Positions 8,300 through 10,889 of a DNA stretch of 10,889 nt are shown piece by piece. Source of the stretch: an uncultured Aquificales bacterium (GTDB lineage Bacteria; Thermosulfidibacterota; Thermosulfidibacteria; Thermosulfidibacterales; Thermosulfidibacteraceae); contig CAYPLO010000054.1 in assembly GCA_964411615.1 (NCBI GenBank), positions 1-10,889 on the forward strand, given 5' to 3'. The position numbers and the translations under genes were made by a program. Numbering within the stretch: position 1 is the first letter of the stretch; each line of letters starts with the position of its first letter. Under the pieces are notes generated by a model. The model saw only the letters and a program-made list of their open reading frames with translations, searched no databases and was not told the DNA's origin.

Positions 8300-9064
8300 A
8301 TGCACCCGTTTGACCGCCTCGTTGAGATAATGCACCGGCTGAGAAGGGAATGTCCCTGGGACAGAAAGCAGACCAGGGAGAGCCTCAAGCCCTACCTCAT
8401 AGAAGAGGCCTATGAAGTGCTGGACGCCATAGAGTCCGGAGACGTTGAAAAGCTCAAAGAAGAGCTTGGAGACCTTATGCTTCAGGTGGTCTTCCACGCC
8501 GAGATAGCCAGGGAGAAGGGAGAGTTTGACATATACCAGGTGATTGAGTTTCTCTGCAACAAGCTCATATACAGGCACCCCCACGTCTTCGGAGACGTGA
8601 AGGTGAAGGATGCAGAAGAGGTGCTGAAGAACTGGGAGAAGCTGAAGCAGAAGGAGAAGAACCACCAGGGCTCCGTCCTGGATGGGGTGCCCAAAGAGCT
8701 TCCCGCCCTCATTCAGGCCTTCAGACTGCAGGAGAAGGCGGCAAAGGTGGGGTTTGACTGGGAGAGGACAGAGGATGTGAAGGCCAAGGTTGAGGAGGAG
8801 TGGGAGGAGCTGAAGGAGGCCATGGAAACAGGGGACAAAGAGCGCATAGAGGAGGAGCTTGGAGACCTACTCTTTGCCATAGCCAATCTGGCCAGGTTCC
8901 TGGGGGTGGACCCGGAAAGTGCCCTGAGAAAGTGCAACAGCAGGTTCAAGGAGCGTTTCGGCTTCATAGAGAGGAGGCTCAGGGAAGAGGGCAAAAGACC
9001 AGAGGATGTGAGCTTGGAGTACATGGACAGGCTCTGGGAGGAGGCCAAGGAAGTCCTGGGATGA
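8300..9064 (+). CDS. mazG: Nucleoside triphosphate pyrophosphohydrolase MazG (two-domain)
   Basis: [28 protein letters not shown] (twice), RHPHVF, WEKLK, LPAL, GFDW and DPESAL. Confidence 0.96.
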   Translation: MHPFDRLVEIMHRLRRECPWDRKQTRESLKPYLIEEAYEVLDAIESGDVEKLKEELGDLMLQVVFHAEIAREKGEFDIYQVIEFLCNKLIYRHPHVFGDVKVKDAEEVLKNWEKLKQKEKNHQGSVLDGVPKELPALIQAFRLQEKAAKVGFDWERTEDVKAKVEEEWEELKEAMETGDKERIEEELGDLLFAIANLARFLGVDPESALRKCNSRFKERFGFIERRLREEGKRPEDVSLEYMDRLWEEAKEVLG

Positions 9065-9309
9065 ACAAGATTGCCCTGATAGCTGTGGTGGCCTTTCTCC
9101 TCAATCTACCCTTCGGAATTTTAAGGACGAGGTATCCCAAGCTGTCGGTGGGATGGTTCCTCTGCATACATGCTCCCATACCCATTGTGGTGGCCATAAG
9201 GCTCTCCACCCACACCCCTTTCAAGTACGTGCCTATCTTTCTGGCCACCTCCATAGCGGGGCAGGTGGCCGGAGGTAGAATAGCCTTGCTGAGGAAGGGG
9301 CAAAGATGA
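9061..9309 (+). CDS. Small conserved membrane protein, 82 aa
   Basis: The real start is ATG 9061, overlapping the mazG stop (ATGA); the 8800 start in the track lies in an alternative frame of mazG. Sequence [48 protein letters not shown]... has about three hydrophobic segments. Confidence 0.8.
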   Translation: MNKIALIAVVAFLLNLPFGILRTRYPKLSVGWFLCIHAPIPIVVAIRLSTHTPFKYVPIFLATSIAGQVAGGRIALLRKGQR

Positions 9310-9575
9310 GGATAACAAAGGAAGAGGTGGTGCAGATGGCCCTCAGCCTCATGGATAACAGGGACAACCCCTCAAGGCAGGATATGAAGAGGGCCGCATC
9401 AACAACGGTGTGGAAGCTGGTAAGGGAGCATGGGATGGATATTGACGAGCTATTGGGGTGTATGGGTGTTGAGTTCAGATACGAGGAGAGCATTGAGAGC
9501 AAGATAGATAAGCTCCTCTGGCAGGTCTTTGCAGAGGTGGTTGTGAGGATAGATAAGGAGAGGCGCAGATGGTAG
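9306..9575 (+). CDS. Hypothetical protein, 89 aa
   Basis: Fills the space between its neighbours exactly, with an ATGA overlap upstream and a 7-bp overlap with pncB. Purine-rich codon usage resembles adjacent genes. No family recognised. Confidence 0.7.
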   Translation: MRITKEEVVQMALSLMDNRDNPSRQDMKRAASTTVWKLVREHGMDIDELLGCMGVEFRYEESIESKIDKLLWQVFAEVVVRIDKERRRW

Positions 9576-10889
9576 AGACCAACTTCGGCTTCATAACCCC
9601 TGAGAACATATCACTGCTGGTGGACCTATACGAGCTCACCATGGCCGACAGCTACTTCAGAAGGGGCATGAACCAGAGGGTTGTATTTGACCTGTTTGTG
9701 AGGGACATACCCCCCTGCAGGAACTTCTACGTTGCAGCAGGCTTAGAGCAGATACTCTACTACCTGAGCAACCTGAGGTTCACAGAGGAGGCGATAGACT
9801 ACCTGAGAAGCCTCAAGCTCTTTTCCAGGGAGTTTCTCAGCTTCCTGAAGAACTTCAGGTTCACAGGGACCGTATACGCCATGAGGGAGGGGGAGATATT
9901 CTTCCCCCAAGAGCCTGTAATAAGGGTTGAGGCACCGAGGATAGAGGCCCAGATAGTGGAGACCTTCCTGTTGAACACCTTCAACTTCCAGAGCGCAATA
10001 GCCTCAAAGGCGGCGAGGGTCCTCATAGCCGCAAAGGGAAGGGGCTGTGTGGACTTCTCCCCCAGGAGGGACCACGGAGCAGACGCCGCCCTGAAGGTGG
10101 CAAGGGCCTCCTACATAAGCGGATTCATGGGCACCTCATGTGTGGCGGCGGGCATGATATACGGAATACCGGTATTCGGCACCATGGCCCACTCCTACAT
10201 CATGTCCTTCCCCTCGGAGATAGAGGCCTTCAGGGCCTTCGTTGAGGATTTCCCCAACAACTCGGTATTGCTCATAGACACCTACGACACAATCAACGGT
10301 GCCAGAAACGCCATAAAGGTGGCCAAGGAGCTGGAGAAGAAGGGATTGAGGCTCAGAGGAGTGAGGATAGACTCCGGGGACCTGGCTGAGGAGGCCAGGG
10401 CCGTAAGAAGGCTCCTTGACGATGCAGGGCTGAATTACGTCAAGATATTCCTGTCCGGGGACCTCAACGAGTATAAGATTAACAGGCTTGTCTCGGAGGG
10501 TGTTCCCTGCGACTTCTTCGGTGTGGGAACGGAGATGGGGGTATCGAAGGACGCCCCTGCCTTAGGAGGCGTTTACAAGCTGGCCCAGGACGAGACAGGA
10601 CCCAGGATAAAGCTATCCAAGGAGAAGGTGACTCTCCCCGGTGTCAAGCAGGTCTACAGGATATACAGGAACCACACCATGGAGAGGGACGTAATAGCCC
10701 TTGAGGAGGAGAAGGTTCAGGGAGAGCCCCTGCTGCACAGGGTGATGGAAGGGGGGAAAATCTGCTGCGATATACCCTCTCTTAGTAGCATAAGGGAGTA
10801 TTTCTTGAGCAGACTGCACCTTCTGCCAGAAAACCTGAAGGACATAGAGTCCCACCACACATACACAGTGGAGCTGACCCCAGCCCTTA
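9569..10889 (+). CDS. pncB: Nicotinate phosphoribosyltransferase (3' end beyond the window)
   Basis: Absent from the ORF track. Open from ATG 9569 (AAGGAG upstream) to the window end for 440 codons. MVETNFGF...[12 protein letters not shown]...FDLFVR...AAGLEQ...[11 protein letters not shown]...IASKAAR...GTMAHS...LIDTYDT...GVRIDSGD...SGDLNEY...GVGT...GVYKL...[10 protein letters not shown]. Confidence 0.95.
   Translation, partial: MVETNFGFITPENISLLVDLYELTMADSYFRRGMNQRVVFDLFVRDIPPCRNFYVAAGLEQILYYLSNLRFTEEAIDYLRSLKLFSREFLSFLKNFRFTGTVYAMREGEIFFPQEPVIRVEAPRIEAQIVETFLLNTFNFQSAIASKAARVLIAAKGRGCVDFSPRRDHGADAALKVARASYISGFMGTSCVAAGMIYGIPVFGTMAHSYIMSFPSEIEAFRAFVEDFPNNSVLLIDTYDTINGARNAIKVAKELEKKGLRLRGVRIDSGDLAEEARAVRRLLDDAGLNYVKIFLSGDLNEYKINRLVSEGVPCDFFGVGTEMGVSKDAPALGGVYKLAQDETGPRIKLSKEKVTLPGVKQVYRIYRNHTMERDVIALEEEKVQGEPLLHRVMEGGKICCDIPSLSSIREYFLSRLHLLPENLKDIESHHTYTVELTPAL

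Noticed and set aside
8462..8868. 14-bp direct repeat GAGCTTGGAGACCT (8462-8475 and 8855-8868)
   Set aside because: It encodes the ELGDL motif in each of the two tandem MazG domains, so it is not a mobile-element or CRISPR repeat.
8800..9060. N-terminal 87 aa of the 169-aa track ORF 8800-9309
   Set aside because: An alternative frame inside mazG, rich in G/Q/R. The real gene begins at ATG 9061.
8300..9575. mazG plus small ORFs as a toxin-antitoxin or anti-phage module
   Set aside because: MazG is the canonical two-domain housekeeping type, the small ORFs do not resemble MazE/MazF, and there is no mobile-element context or compositional shift.

Overview
Gene-dense bacterial window made of two divergent, tightly overlapping gene runs that share a 62-bp AT-rich intergenic region (7840-7901). 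Frequent AGG/ATA codons suggest a thermophile (inference). The minus-strand run is: REC-HD-GYP phosphodiesterase, cysS, DUF62 SAM hydrolase, M23 peptidase, a selenium module (DUF3343, class II cysteine desulfurase/Sec-lyase-like, YedF, selD), and an archaeal-type NMN adenylyltransferase (NadM, cut by the window edge). The plus-strand run is: yjbQ, mazG, a small membrane protein, an unknown 89-aa protein, and nicotinate phosphoribosyltransferase (pncB, cut by the edge). The ORF track needs four corrections. selD really starts at 1339 and reads through an in-frame UGA (Sec12) followed by a bacterial SECIS-like hairpin. nadM (1-350) and pncB (9569-end) are missing from the track. The desulfurase and the small membrane protein start later than the track shows. 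The most notable points are the selenoprotein SelD, its start/stop overlap with an archaeal-like NadM, and a Fur-like palindrome directly ahead of the selenium module. No mobile element, CRISPR array, rRNA or tRNA was seen.
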